A DNA stretch of 64,000 bases, taken from positions 21,246 to 85,245 of the forward strand of contig JAWKSP010000002.1 in assembly GCA_041389025.1 (NCBI GenBank), written 5' to 3'. Positions 37,873 through 48,543 of the stretch are shown here, in pieces; within the stretch, counting starts at the first letter, position 1, and the number at the start of each line of letters is the position of its first letter. The notes beneath the pieces were generated by a model. That model searched no databases and was not told the origin of the DNA. It saw only the letters and a program-made list of their open reading frames with translations. The stretch is from Minisyncoccota bacterium. GTDB taxonomy: Bacteria; Patescibacteriota; Minisyncoccia; Phycocordibacterales; UBA918. The translations under genes were made by a program, and so were the position numbers.

Positions 37873-38433
37873 TCAATTGGTATTACTCAAGCTTTTATCA
37901 ATGATTCCTTTTAACTCTTCTTCACTTAAAGTACCTCTAAAATGTTTTTCAACATTTCCTTTTTTATCATAAACAATAGTTTCTGGCATGGCATAACCAC
38001 CGATTAATTTATAAAATCTATCTTCCGGATCTAAAATTATTTTGACTGTTTCTACTTGAGAAACTGTGTTTATATAGCGTTTTGCCCTATCTTTACTTTC
38101 TTTTCGATTAATGGCCAAAAAAACCACTTTTTCTTGATCGTAGTTTAATGCTACTTTATCTAAAAGTTCTAACTCCATTTTTGAATAAGGTGACCAACTA
38201 GCCCAAGATGTAACGACCATTATTTTACCAAGGTACTCTTTTAGTGATAATTGATTGCCTTCCAAGTCTGTATATACAGCAGGTTTTTCTTCCTGTCCGA
38301 TAAATATATCTCTGACTTTTTCGTCAACTACATTTTTATTATTAGTTACAATAAAGTAAGTTAATATCGCTAAAATAATTATAGTCACAAATCCAGCGAC
38401 AAGAATTTTTTTATGTTCCTTTGCAATTGGCAT
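37873..38433 (-). CDS. TlpA/ResA-like thioredoxin-fold protein lacking CxxC
   Basis: DLEGNQLSLKEYLGK..SWASWSPYS..E, cis-Pro MPET; N-terminal TM; no Cys. Confidence 0.85.
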   Translation of the reverse strand: MPIAKEHKKILVAGFVTIIILAILTYFIVTNNKNVVDEKVRDIFIGQEEKPAVYTDLEGNQLSLKEYLGKIMVVTSWASWSPYSKMELELLDKVALNYDQEKVVFLAINRKESKDRAKRYINTVSQVETVKIILDPEDRFYKLIGGYAMPETIVYDKKGNVEKHFRGTLSEEELKGIIDKSLSNTN

Positions 38434-38450
38434 ACTGATTAATAACTAGA

Positions 38451-39131
38451 CTAAATACCTAATTCGACTCGCCATTGTTCGTATGGTAAAGCTCCAACTA
38501 CTGGTGTAACCGAATCACCATCAATAATTAAACTAAAAGGTGTTCCATTCGCTCCCAATTGTCTGGCTACATCTAAATCGGTTGAAATGAGAGTGTTGAT
38601 ATTATTATCACTCATACAAGAATTGTAAGTAGATTCAGATAAACCGGCTGATAAAGCGTAATTTTTTAAGAAATCCTCATTGTTTGAACCAACATTAGCA
38701 AATAAAATTTCTGTAAAATTCCAAAAAGCGTCGTTTCCTAATTCTCTAGCTATACATTCCGCAGAAACAGCTGCTAAAAAAGCATTTTCGTGAATTGGCA
38801 AAGGCAAGTGTCTGTATTCCCAAGCTATTTTTCCATTTGATTCATCTACGATTCTTTTTAAGGTTGGATGAAGTCTGGCACAAAATGGACACTCAAAATC
38901 AGAGAACTCAACAATCACTATATCAGCTTCTTCACTACCATATAAATGTCTATATTCACCCCTCTTAATTTCATCAGGACTTAGACTTATGCTAGCTGAT
39001 GCGCTTGCTACATTTGTCTTTTGTTCAGTTATAACCGAAGAATTTGTAGAAAACTTGAAAAATATTGCTACAGCTACCAAACCAAAACCTAAAACAATTG
39101 AAGTGGCGATTTGTGTGTGATTTAATTGCAT
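38451..39131 (-). CDS. DsbA family thiol-disulfide oxidoreductase
   Basis: EFSDFECPFC, YRHLPL, GTP; N-terminal TM. Confidence 0.92.
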   Translation of the reverse strand: MQLNHTQIATSIVLGFGLVAVAIFFKFSTNSSVITEQKTNVASASASISLSPDEIKRGEYRHLYGSEEADIVIVEFSDFECPFCARLHPTLKRIVDESNGKIAWEYRHLPLPIHENAFLAAVSAECIARELGNDAFWNFTEILFANVGSNNEDFLKNYALSAGLSESTYNSCMSDNNINTLISTDLDVARQLGANGTPFSLIIDGDSVTPVVGALPYEQWRVELGI

Positions 39132-39137
39132 ACTAGT

Positions 39138-39653
39138 TTAACCTTTTATATAAATCTCAAATTCATCCGGAGTTTCACCGACAGCAGCTGGGATAAGATT
39201 GAGTTCGGCTGGTTGGCCATTAAAAGTAGCAGTCACAGTAGCTTCTCTTGAAGCTGTGGCCTCTACTGAAAAACGTTGATTGGTTAATACTTGCGCACAA
39301 GTGTCAGCCGTATTTATAACTTTAAAGTCCAATTTTATTTGCTCTGGATATGATTCCATTACCATCGCTGAAACATCTACAAGATCACAAGGGGTGGGCA
39401 TAGTTATTTCGCCGACAAAGGTGTGGGTACCATCAATATAAAAGTGTTTTGCGTCTATTCGTTTTGGATCAGGTACTTCTGCTTGTTCTGTGGGTTCAAC
39501 ATTTTCCTCTTCATCTGTGTTTTGTATTTCTTCATTTTTGAAACTACTAAACATAAACATTCCGACGACCACAAGAATGAACAAGACAACGATTAGTATT
39601 ATTGATGATTTATTCATGGTGAATTTTTTAGTTTTATAATTACTGCTATACAT
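39138..39653 (-). CDS. Hypothetical membrane-anchored exported protein
   Basis: TM, then PTPC...CAQV Cys pair. Confidence 0.7.
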   Translation of the reverse strand: MYSSNYKTKKFTMNKSSIILIVVLFILVVVGMFMFSSFKNEEIQNTDEEENVEPTEQAEVPDPKRIDAKHFYIDGTHTFVGEITMPTPCDLVDVSAMVMESYPEQIKLDFKVINTADTCAQVLTNQRFSVEATASREATVTATFNGQPAELNLIPAAVGETPDEFEIYIKG

Positions 39654-39662
39654 TATACAACA

Positions 39663-41327
39663 TTATAAGTTTAGATTGCTACCCAAGAAGATAATTATCG
39701 ATTGATCGCCAAGCGTTGCATCGTTGGTAATAGATATTAGTGCGTTGTTTAGCTCTCCACTTAGTTTAATGGCGTCTTCTTGATATTCTCTTTTGTACAC
39801 AATAACCGTTTTCTCTTGCTCTGTTTCCAGATCAGCTTCCAATTTATCTATTTTGTAGCCATTTTCTTCAAGTTTCAATCTCAGCTTGGCTGCCGCACCG
39901 GATTCACCGCTTCTATTTACTATCATAATTTTTGATGTCTCATTGTCAATATTTTTCTCCAAATCAAGTGGTTGGTTGTTGAGTTGATTGTAAATAATTT
40001 CCTCAGAATTCATTTCTAACTTCTCTACTCCGTTGTTGTATGAAATGGCAAAACTTCGTTTATCGGTAGTCGCTCCGTTTATATACCAAACGAAAAATAT
40101 AATCAATGATAGCAAAAAGAGACCAGCCAACATTGTTGTTTTATAATGATTAAAAAATTTCCAAACTGTGAAGAGTCTATCTTTTTTACTATTTTCAAAA
40201 CTTAAACCGGATTTTAAGTCTAAGATTTTTTCTTTGGTCGGTATATGTATTTTTAAATACCGTTTACTTTTTAGGCGGTTATTCAACTCAGCTTCTGACC
40301 TTAAGTGTGATACATCCAGTCCGGCAGACGACAACATTTTTCTTATGTATAGTCTAATTAGAAAAGCTGAACCATAAATAATTAACCCAACAGTAAGAAT
40401 GAATATCAAAATTGGTTTAACTGGAATTATCCAAAAATAAGTTTTGGAGGTAGAAAATTGTCTTTGGTCCTGTCCGTAAGCTAAGGTCGCAATGGCCGAA
40501 TAACGACCAATATCTGTTGGCGACCACTCTCCTGTCCAAGAAAACTTAAAGTTTCTGATGCCAGTGGTACCGTCGGTTTTATGCGGAACCTTCCCGTAAC
40601 TACTTTTCTGGTTTATCGGTATAACACCCCGCTCCTGACCCCACATGTTTAAAATTTTTATTTCACCCTGTGGTTGCAAATAGACATTCCCTTTGTTTTC
40701 AAAGCGTAAGCTAAAGTCAACTGCCGGCTCCTGAAAAAGAACCTTACTGGTGATAAATTCCCTTATTTCACCGGACTCAATAACATCGCCGTCAATTCTG
40801 GTAAAAATAAGAGTGGTGACCATCTGAGATGTTTGTAGATTTGGTTGCTCACCGCTTGTGTCTAACGGTTTCGTGCCAATCATGATGGCCGCATAGTGTC
40901 CACCTGGCGCTGCATTGCTCGGGACGTTTATTTCAAAAGGTATTTCTATACTTTGTTCCCTTGGTACTAAAACAGGTTCTTTACTAACCGAAATCCAACT
41001 TCCAAGTGTTGGTTTATTTATGTCATCTTTATCTATGCTTACAAAACTAACAGAACCACCTTCTTCTTTAGGTATAAAATTAAATACTTCCGCATACACA
41101 GTTATATCTCGTTCATTTACATTTATTACTTTAATTCCACTTTTCCATTTTTGATTGGGTTCAGCACGCATGTCAAAAATAGTTGGTGAAACACTTAGTG
41201 TTAGTGAATCTTGAGCGCTTGCATGGCTTGTAAAAAATAAAAAAGAAATTAATAGGAAAACTAACAGTAGTATCACACTATAAATCTTTTTTGAGGTTAA
41301 TATCATGTTCATATTTGTCATGTTCAT
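39663..41327 (-). CDS. DUF916/chaperone-like exported domains, TM segments and C-terminal LytR_C-like domain
   Basis: LSVSPTIFD..VIN..SWI..VP.NAAPGGHYAAI, FENKGNVYLQPQGEIKI; C-terminal IVNRSGESGAA..KL...GY..TVIVY..IFLG. Confidence 0.7.
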   Translation of the reverse strand: MNMTNMNMILTSKKIYSVILLLVFLLISFLFFTSHASAQDSLTLSVSPTIFDMRAEPNQKWKSGIKVINVNERDITVYAEVFNFIPKEEGGSVSFVSIDKDDINKPTLGSWISVSKEPVLVPREQSIEIPFEINVPSNAAPGGHYAAIMIGTKPLDTSGEQPNLQTSQMVTTLIFTRIDGDVIESGEIREFITSKVLFQEPAVDFSLRFENKGNVYLQPQGEIKILNMWGQERGVIPINQKSSYGKVPHKTDGTTGIRNFKFSWTGEWSPTDIGRYSAIATLAYGQDQRQFSTSKTYFWIIPVKPILIFILTVGLIIYGSAFLIRLYIRKMLSSAGLDVSHLRSEAELNNRLKSKRYLKIHIPTKEKILDLKSGLSFENSKKDRLFTVWKFFNHYKTTMLAGLFLLSLIIFFVWYINGATTDKRSFAISYNNGVEKLEMNSEEIIYNQLNNQPLDLEKNIDNETSKIMIVNRSGESGAAAKLRLKLEENGYKIDKLEADLETEQEKTVIVYKREYQEDAIKLSGELNNALISITNDATLGDQSIIIFLGSNLNL

Positions 41328-42321
41328 GTGATTTTCTTACAAACACCGGTAGCTCCGTAGCTTCATAGTTATCACGTATATCACTATCGGTTTGTTTACC
41401 TGCTTTTACCAATAGAACTGTAATTGTCAGTGGTATTAATAATAACAGTATTATTAAACCAATCAACAGTGGAAGAGGTATTGTATAGTAGTAATTAGTG
41501 TCATGTAATGAAGCTAAGTGACTGTTTCCATACTGTAATGATAAAAAAGCTTTGTTCTTACCAAAAACATTGGTTTTAGGAAGCGGTTCGGAAAAATCAA
41601 CTTTTTCTCCAGGAGCAATAGTAACGTTCTCCGTGTTTAATAAAACAGCTGTCACTTCTTCACCTTTTCCGTTGTAAATTATAATTTCACCTTTAGGAGT
41701 AAGTGGTACATCACCCTCATTTTTTAACGAATAAGAAAATTCATGATTATCACTATCGTAAATTACATTATCGGTCTTAAAACTTGTTAGTCTAAGCAGT
41801 TCGACCTGTTTTTCATCTATTGAAATTCTCACGATAACTCCATCAGCTACTCCAGCTTTTACTTTATTTTCCGCTATATCTCTATTTTTTCCATTTCCAA
41901 AGCCAATGAATCCATGGTATTCACCTGGTTTTGCATTGGGGTTTATTCTTATAGTTACCGGAACGGAGATCATTTCTCCTGGTTGAATATCAATTCTTGC
42001 TCTGGAAATCTCTACCCAGCTAGTAATTGAAACGGTTCTGTCTGTCATTGAAGCTGGAATAAAAGATTTTACCTCATCATCACCACCTATTTCAATTTCA
42101 TGTACGGAAGCAAATAACCTTGTTGGTACATTACCATTATTTTTAATGGTAATTTCTTTAGTAATAATATCTCTCACTTCAGTTTTATGATCAATTATTA
42201 GGGGTGAGACAGAAATAGTGTTTACAGCTTCAGTGAGTTTAGGATTTATCAAAATAACTGAAAAAATAAAAATACCACTGAAAAATTTAATATTTTTTAG
42301 AATTTTAAATTTTAATTTCAT
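41278..42321 (-). CDS. DUF916/chaperone-like protein with C-terminal TM
   Basis: ISVSPLIID..IKNNG..SWV..NAKPGEYHGFI, LKNEGDVPLTPKGEIIIYN; C-terminal TM. Confidence 0.7.
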   Translation of the reverse strand: MKLKFKILKNIKFFSGIFIFSVILINPKLTEAVNTISVSPLIIDHKTEVRDIITKEITIKNNGNVPTRLFASVHEIEIGGDDEVKSFIPASMTDRTVSITSWVEISRARIDIQPGEMISVPVTIRINPNAKPGEYHGFIGFGNGKNRDIAENKVKAGVADGVIVRISIDEKQVELLRLTSFKTDNVIYDSDNHEFSYSLKNEGDVPLTPKGEIIIYNGKGEEVTAVLLNTENVTIAPGEKVDFSEPLPKTNVFGKNKAFLSLQYGNSHLASLHDTNYYYTIPLPLLIGLIILLLLIPLTITVLLVKAGKQTDSDIRDNYEATELPVFVRKSHEHDKYEHDINLKKDL

Positions 42322-42324
42322 AAA

Positions 42325-45300
42325 CTAAAATGATGGAACTGCTAAATACACGATCTCGGTTTGATAATCTCCAAACTCCTGCATGACTGCAATCCTCACT
42401 CGGTAAACTATATCATGACTCTCGGTGGCCGGAATTGAGCTATACATAATTTCTGTAGGCAATGTTTCTAATCCAGCAAAGGTGTCGTCGGCAGCGAATC
42501 TAGTTGAACCACCTTTTAGTGTACCGTCGGTTGTATGATACCCTACACATCCAGTTGAAGTCGATTGACAACCAATGGTCCAACTGGTAGGCGAAATATT
42601 CGAACCTGTTATTGACGGTATTTCTGTTCCTAGGTTATTTAAAAATTGTTGGCTGGCAAATTTAAATATTTGGTAGCCTTTAGAAGCGTTTGTGTCTATA
42701 GTTATTCTGTGCGCCGCCTCATAATTTGTATCAAAAAGTAAACTACCGAATTCGATTCCGTTTGGCGTCGTTGAAATATCAGTTATTATTCCTGCTGTAC
42801 TAGTACCTGAAGGTAAACCTGAAACAGTAAAGACTAGATTTGTTCCTTCAGTAACTAGTGATGGGTATGAAAAACCGGCTTTGGTAGGTACCGGTTCATC
42901 AAAAGTGACGTCATATACCCTAAAGTAGTAAACAGTATCATATTTTGGGTTGTTGCCTTTTAATGTAAAAGAGTATTCTTTTGTAGTGCTAGCTTCATGT
43001 GTGTGTCCAGATACAAAAGTTGATACCGTGTTGTGGGTACCGCAACCACCACCTGAAGACGACACACAAACGTCATTGCCTGATAAAACAGAAGTGGTTA
43101 TTATTTCATTATCAACTCCCCCACCATCAACATAACACCATGATGAGGTAGCTACGCAATTATCACTGGCAGCAACGTCATATGCATCGCTAAAATTAGC
43201 ATCCTCTGAATACTGTAATTTAAATTTTACATTACTACCTTGTATGTTTTTAGTTTCAGAAACCGATATTCTAAGTGTTAAGTCGTCGTTATCGGGTACG
43301 TTAACTGGAGCTGATTCTTCTGCTGCTAGTGGTGAGATAGGAGTTTCGTTTTGTGCATCATCATACCAGCGCCACGTTCCAGTTTTTGGTGTATACCCAG
43401 CTGTACGTATTTGGGGATAATTGTTGTACACATCAACTAGAGTATTGTCGCTCTTAATCATTCTAAAGCAATATGTACTTTTTGGATCTGCGTTATTTTG
43501 TTCTATAAACCAGTCATACTCCACATTTTCATCTTGATCAACTGAATAAGGGTTAACAGCAGACGGGTTCTCATGCGTAAGAACACCTGATACATCTGAA
43601 ATAGAAATAAGAAGATCTCCAGCTACTGGCGGATTGGTAGATAAAAACGTTCCGTCAGTAGTTGTAGTTGAAAGGTATCCTCTCCAGGCTGTAGAGCTAC
43701 TGTTGTTACCCAAGTCATGCCAAGAGGTCGACTCTATAGCCGAACATGTGCCTGAACGCAGTCCGTATTGTAACTTAAAGTCTTGAAAACCAGCTGGCAT
43801 ATTTGCGTTAATAATTTTTAGTGTCATTCTGAGACGGATTTTATCTCCCGTGATTAAAGGTTCATCATTAACTGTAATGGATGTATTCTCCCCTAAATCA
43901 ACAACTCCAAGTGGCCACGGATCGGTTGGCTTTAAGGCATTGTTGTCGACATAAAATCGGTAGTAATTTTGTCTTATGGATAAATCAGCTACTGGCCATT
44001 CAATAATTTCAACTTGATAAGTAAAGACTGGTGCACCTACCTTACTTCTCCAAATTTGATAAGTGGAAGTGCTAGTCAAGGTAAAGCCGGACATTGGTCT
44101 CGGGTAAGCCGTGTTGTCTCCCTCTGATCTGCTATTAGCGTTTATGGAAGTGTTGTTTAAAGCTGCTACATTGGTACCCATGTTTACAGACAATGACAAA
44201 GGAGCGGCACCTCCAAAGGTGTTGCCACTAGAGCGTTGTACTTTCATTTCACCGCTTCCAGTTTGAGTATTTTCAATTATCCAAGCTACTGAAGTTTGTC
44301 CTTCGGCAACAGAAGCTCCCGACTCCAATCTAAAAGAGACAGCACCTATGCTTGAGAGCCAAACCTCATGACCATAATGAACTACCCTATTATTCGCCCC
44401 CATCCTCTTTTGTGTGTGAATGAAGGTATGAGAAAGACTGTTTACTGCTGCTATTGACTCTGTTTCAGTAGTACCAGCTGATAAGTAAGTATGCTCTACT
44501 CTTTGAATTTTCCAATTAACTCCAATAAATTCAATGACTGCATAACTTACATTTACCACACTTGAACCATTATGATCGCGTTTAAAAACAGGAACATCAC
44601 CTGTTTCGTACCATTCTGATGTTACTTGACCAGCGTAAAAATTTTTACTTGTATTCTGATTCTGAATACCGGTTATAAAAACCACCACATCTTCACTATC
44701 CGATATATTACTTAGTGATGTGCCTGTAGCTACAACGTCTGAACTACTCAGCTCTATTGTATCGACCATTCTCACAACTATTTCATTGTCAGTTCCTGGC
44801 GAACCAATAAATTCAATTATTTCCCAATCAACCCTTGTATTATCGGTAGCAGTTGTTGGTCTAGCTAACGTAAAACTAGTAATTAGATCAGAAGAATCTT
44901 CAATGTATACAGTTACGTCATCTGCATTTTGATTATTAGTAGCACCAGTATCATGACCAGAACCAGTCATGTGTGAGTTTGTTATTCTTACAAAAGCTCT
45001 CGTATTACTGGCAACCGCAGTATAATCTGTACCAGCCAGTAAGGTGGTGGAGGTTCCCGAAACTTGTACAGAACCACGCTGAATTATAAAGTCACGCTTA
45101 GGAGACGTGGTTAACTCAGCATAATTTGTATAGGTCGGTAGCTCGTCTCCATCAGAGGTAACGCGAAAGCAATAAGTTGTGTTGTTGACTGTGCTAGTGT
45201 TTGACATGATACTAAATTCAAGATCAACATAGTCATTTGGTGGAATAGTCGTGGTAGCAGAAAGAGTTTGTAGTTCTGTAACTGAGTCGTTGTTAGAAAC

Positions 45301-48300
45301 AAAACTTCCTATACCATCACTGACACCACCACCCGCTAAGCTAATATCTGTTGTATCATCACCGTCCGTTAAATAACTAGAGTTGTACATTTCCCAACCG
45401 TCACCTGGAGTATCTATATTTAACCACACTGAAGCATCCGAACAAGTTGTTACTTTTAGAGCGTACTCTAGTTGATATTTAGATTGCGTTGTTGTTACTG
45501 TTCCTGTATTAGTTAAACCAAAACGTAGTCTGATTGGAGTATTCAAATTAAAATTTTCTAGAGCCGTGTTCTCAGACCCTCCGGTAGCTGATGTAGCATC
45601 AGTTTCGTTTCCGTCGTCATTTCGCCAGTGATAATTTGCTTGATTTACTATACTACCTTGAATTGTAGTTGTGCTGGTGATTTGTATCGGTGTTGAAGGT
45701 CCTACTGAACCAGAATCAACGGCAACATCGATTGCTGGAGATGATATAATTATTTTAATAGTTTCGCTATCTTCAGCCTCATCTGCTACGTCAAAAACAG
45801 AATAAATACAGAGCGTGCTAGTAGAAGTTATATTAACTGAGTCTGTGAAAGTTTTTGTTTCGTTAAAATCAGAAAAAGCCAAGGAGCTGGTTGCGCCAAA
45901 CTGATTTTCGGTTCCGGTATATGATTCACTGTCGCAATCATATGGGCTGGTAATGTCATGTTTATAATATAAACGTAAGTTACTTAAACTGGTAGAGGCA
46001 TTTACTGTTCCAATTTCAGATAATTTAATGCTTGTAACATTTCTGAAACTGGAGTTCTCTTTAAAAACAAAGCTACCACCTAAATAGTTATTTGGAGAAG
46101 AAACTTCCGCAACCGAGTTTTGTGTTCCAATTGAAGAAACTGTTATGTCTGATGTAATCGTGAGAGTAGGATAATTAGTGTAATTGTTTAAAGCAATATC
46201 ATTACTAATAAGACGAAAACAATAAGTTTCTCCTTCAGCTACTGTGCTCGAGGCTTGAATTGAATATTCAAATTCAATAAATTCATTTTGATCAAGTGAT
46301 ATTCCAGAAACGGTAGAAGTGGTGTCTAAAACCGCATTATTACCGGAAAGAAAGGTGTTGGCACCGTCAGTAACACCACCGCTACTGATAGCTACGTTTG
46401 TAGTATTATTACCGTTTGTTAAATTTATAGAGTCATAAAGATTAAACTTTGCTGACTGAGATCCTACTTCTGTCCATGATATAATATCGCCACAGGTTGG
46501 AGCAGCAACTCCATACTCTAATTTATAAGTACCCGAAACAGTGGTTGTAGCTCCCTCATTGAATAATCCCAAACGCAAGCGTACATTTTCATTGGCCTGA
46601 ACACCATTTAAAACTGTGTTCTCAGACCCTCCGGTAGCTGATGTAGCATCAGTTTCGTTTCCGTCGTCATTTCGCCAGTGATAAGCATTTTGTACTAAAA
46701 TAGGATTAACAACATTAGTCGTCCCCGATAAAGATACTTTTTCTGTCGGAAAAACATCAACCCCTCCAGTTACGTTCACATCATCTTTAGGACTTGTTAT
46801 TACAACTTCAATCGTTTCATCATTTGATGATGTATCAAGTATATCTATTACTGTATATAAACAAATACTTTGAGTAGGTGAAATTTCAACTGATCCGGTA
46901 AACGTGGCTGAACCATTTGCTCCAGAAAACCCGCCTGTCACCGTGTCTCCAAATTGGCTTTCGGTTCCAGTATATGATTCATTACTGCAGTCATATGGTT
47001 CAGACGTATCAAATTCGTAATAAAGCTTAACATCACCAATATCAGCGTCAGCATCAATAGTTCCTTCTTCAGATATTTTTATAGAGGTGACGGTACGAGT
47101 TGCTGTGGTATTAAGGGAAAAACTTCCACCAACGTAAAAAGAGTTGGTTTCAGGACGAACTTCTGTTGATTGAGTACCGACTGAGGATAGAGTGGAGTCA
47201 GGACCAATATCGCTAATTGTATCTCCAACAATGTCTCTGATTCCTGAAGTATGATTGTACCAACTAATGAAAATTCTTTCATATGACAACACATTCATGT
47301 CCACACCATATAAATCACCAGAGACTGAATTGACCGGACCTTGTTCAGAACCCCAACTAGCCATGTTATCTGTTGATTTTACCCAATAAACATCGCCAGT
47401 GTCGATACTGCCAATAGCTGACCTTGCGGTGTAGCCAACATAAAGATCTCCATTATTCTGATCTCTTGAAATAGCAACTTGAACTAAACCTCTTGTTGCG
47501 TCGTTTGTTATTATATCGGTCTTTCCTGTCCATGAACCACCAGAATAAACCGCAGTTCTTATATCGTGGTCATTTGTAGAAAAATCATTATTATCCGCAA
47601 CATAAGCTAAATAAATATCGTTTGATTCAGGGTCAATGGTGGCTGACATCCCCACATCATAAGTAGTGTTTCGAACAGCACCGGTGTCAAAGGAGCTAAT
47701 CGATGACCAAGATGAACCATTCCATACACTGGAACGAATATGATTGTTTGTACTTCTGTTTATTAGCAAGATATTTCCAGAAGCTAGTGGCATTAAGATA
47801 CTCCAGCTATTTGCATTTCCTTGAGGTGGAGTACCAGCTAGTGACCAGTTAGTAGAAAGGTCACAGTTACTGGCACAATTAACAAGTAAGGTTTCATCTC
47901 CATCATCGACACCCATAAAGATTTTTCCGTCAGTAGCTTTCGTTATATAAGGACGATTGGCACCGGACGTAAGTACCGAGACAGCACTCAATGTAGTACT
48001 GGTTGCAGTTGAGCCAAGCAACAAACTGTCATCAGATGTGTCGAGTCTATTATAAAACAGTTCGTCATCACCATTATCCATGGTCGCTATATGAATGTAA
48101 TCACCCATATCATTTGGTGTCCACCGATCATACCAAACCACCACACCTAAACAATCAGACTGAGAATCCACAACGACTGAGGAACCCCACGATAAACCCC
48201 CGTTAGTAGTTTTTGAGTAAACACAATTACCACTGTTTGGTGAACCGTCACGATAAAATCTATAACCTACTTGATCGCCAGTAAAGACTGTAGCTGATCC

Positions 48301-48495
48301 CGCCTGAACTTGAGTTGTTTGACTGGTACTTGGCGAAGAATCTATTATTACCGTAGCCGCCTCAGCAATATTTGATTTTAAAAATAAAATATGCAAAACA
48401 AAATTGTTAGTTAGCTCGAGCATTAAAACAACAAATAAGAGCAGTGTTACAGAACGCTTACGCACAACAAACAAACGTAGAAATAAGTTTCCCAT
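42325..48495 (-). CDS. Giant (2056 aa) secreted repetitive protein: Asp-box propeller-like N-terminus, internal repeats, WxL/pilin-like C-terminal domain
   Basis: Signal peptide; KTTNGGLSW and KSTDNMASW Asp-box-like motifs; repeated YHWRNDDG/YCFR modules; C-terminus homologous to 55181..56330. Confidence 0.8.
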   Translation of the reverse strand: MGNLFLRLFVVRKRSVTLLLFVVLMLELTNNFVLHILFLKSNIAEAATVIIDSSPSTSQTTQVQAGSATVFTGDQVGYRFYRDGSPNSGNCVYSKTTNGGLSWGSSVVVDSQSDCLGVVVWYDRWTPNDMGDYIHIATMDNGDDELFYNRLDTSDDSLLLGSTATSTTLSAVSVLTSGANRPYITKATDGKIFMGVDDGDETLLVNCASNCDLSTNWSLAGTPPQGNANSWSILMPLASGNILLINRSTNNHIRSSVWNGSSWSSISSFDTGAVRNTTYDVGMSATIDPESNDIYLAYVADNNDFSTNDHDIRTAVYSGGSWTGKTDIITNDATRGLVQVAISRDQNNGDLYVGYTARSAIGSIDTGDVYWVKSTDNMASWGSEQGPVNSVSGDLYGVDMNVLSYERIFISWYNHTSGIRDIVGDTISDIGPDSTLSSVGTQSTEVRPETNSFYVGGSFSLNTTATRTVTSIKISEEGTIDADADIGDVKLYYEFDTSEPYDCSNESYTGTESQFGDTVTGGFSGANGSATFTGSVEISPTQSICLYTVIDILDTSSNDETIEVVITSPKDDVNVTGGVDVFPTEKVSLSGTTNVVNPILVQNAYHWRNDDGNETDATSATGGSENTVLNGVQANENVRLRLGLFNEGATTTVSGTYKLEYGVAAPTCGDIISWTEVGSQSAKFNLYDSINLTNGNNTTNVAISSGGVTDGANTFLSGNNAVLDTTSTVSGISLDQNEFIEFEYSIQASSTVAEGETYCFRLISNDIALNNYTNYPTLTITSDITVSSIGTQNSVAEVSSPNNYLGGSFVFKENSSFRNVTSIKLSEIGTVNASTSLSNLRLYYKHDITSPYDCDSESYTGTENQFGATSSLAFSDFNETKTFTDSVNITSTSTLCIYSVFDVADEAEDSETIKIIISSPAIDVAVDSGSVGPSTPIQITSTTTIQGSIVNQANYHWRNDDGNETDATSATGGSENTALENFNLNTPIRLRFGLTNTGTVTTTQSKYQLEYALKVTTCSDASVWLNIDTPGDGWEMYNSSYLTDGDDTTDISLAGGGVSDGIGSFVSNNDSVTELQTLSATTTIPPNDYVDLEFSIMSNTSTVNNTTYCFRVTSDGDELPTYTNYAELTTSPKRDFIIQRGSVQVSGTSTTLLAGTDYTAVASNTRAFVRITNSHMTGSGHDTGATNNQNADDVTVYIEDSSDLITSFTLARPTTATDNTRVDWEIIEFIGSPGTDNEIVVRMVDTIELSSSDVVATGTSLSNISDSEDVVVFITGIQNQNTSKNFYAGQVTSEWYETGDVPVFKRDHNGSSVVNVSYAVIEFIGVNWKIQRVEHTYLSAGTTETESIAAVNSLSHTFIHTQKRMGANNRVVHYGHEVWLSSIGAVSFRLESGASVAEGQTSVAWIIENTQTGSGEMKVQRSSGNTFGGAAPLSLSVNMGTNVAALNNTSINANSRSEGDNTAYPRPMSGFTLTSTSTYQIWRSKVGAPVFTYQVEIIEWPVADLSIRQNYYRFYVDNNALKPTDPWPLGVVDLGENTSITVNDEPLITGDKIRLRMTLKIINANMPAGFQDFKLQYGLRSGTCSAIESTSWHDLGNNSSSTAWRGYLSTTTTDGTFLSTNPPVAGDLLISISDVSGVLTHENPSAVNPYSVDQDENVEYDWFIEQNNADPKSTYCFRMIKSDNTLVDVYNNYPQIRTAGYTPKTGTWRWYDDAQNETPISPLAAEESAPVNVPDNDDLTLRISVSETKNIQGSNVKFKLQYSEDANFSDAYDVAASDNCVATSSWCYVDGGGVDNEIITTSVLSGNDVCVSSSGGGCGTHNTVSTFVSGHTHEASTTKEYSFTLKGNNPKYDTVYYFRVYDVTFDEPVPTKAGFSYPSLVTEGTNLVFTVSGLPSGTSTAGIITDISTTPNGIEFGSLLFDTNYEAAHRITIDTNASKGYQIFKFASQQFLNNLGTEIPSITGSNISPTSWTIGCQSTSTGCVGYHTTDGTLKGGSTRFAADDTFAGLETLPTEIMYSSIPATESHDIVYRVRIAVMQEFGDYQTEIVYLAVPSF
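45566..46684. repeat. Two identical 69-nt copies (45566-45634 and 46616-46684) inside the giant gene
   Basis: Exact match encoding YHWRNDDGNETDATSATGGSENT, offset 1050 nt (350 codons). Confidence 0.92.
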
Positions 48496-48543
48496 TTCAG
48501 ATTAATTATACAAGACGAATGAGTATTTCTTTGTTTTTATGCA

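Noticed and set aside
45566-46684. DGR template/variable repeat pair
   Set aside because: The copies are identical (no adenine-specific mismatches) and no reverse transcriptase is present.
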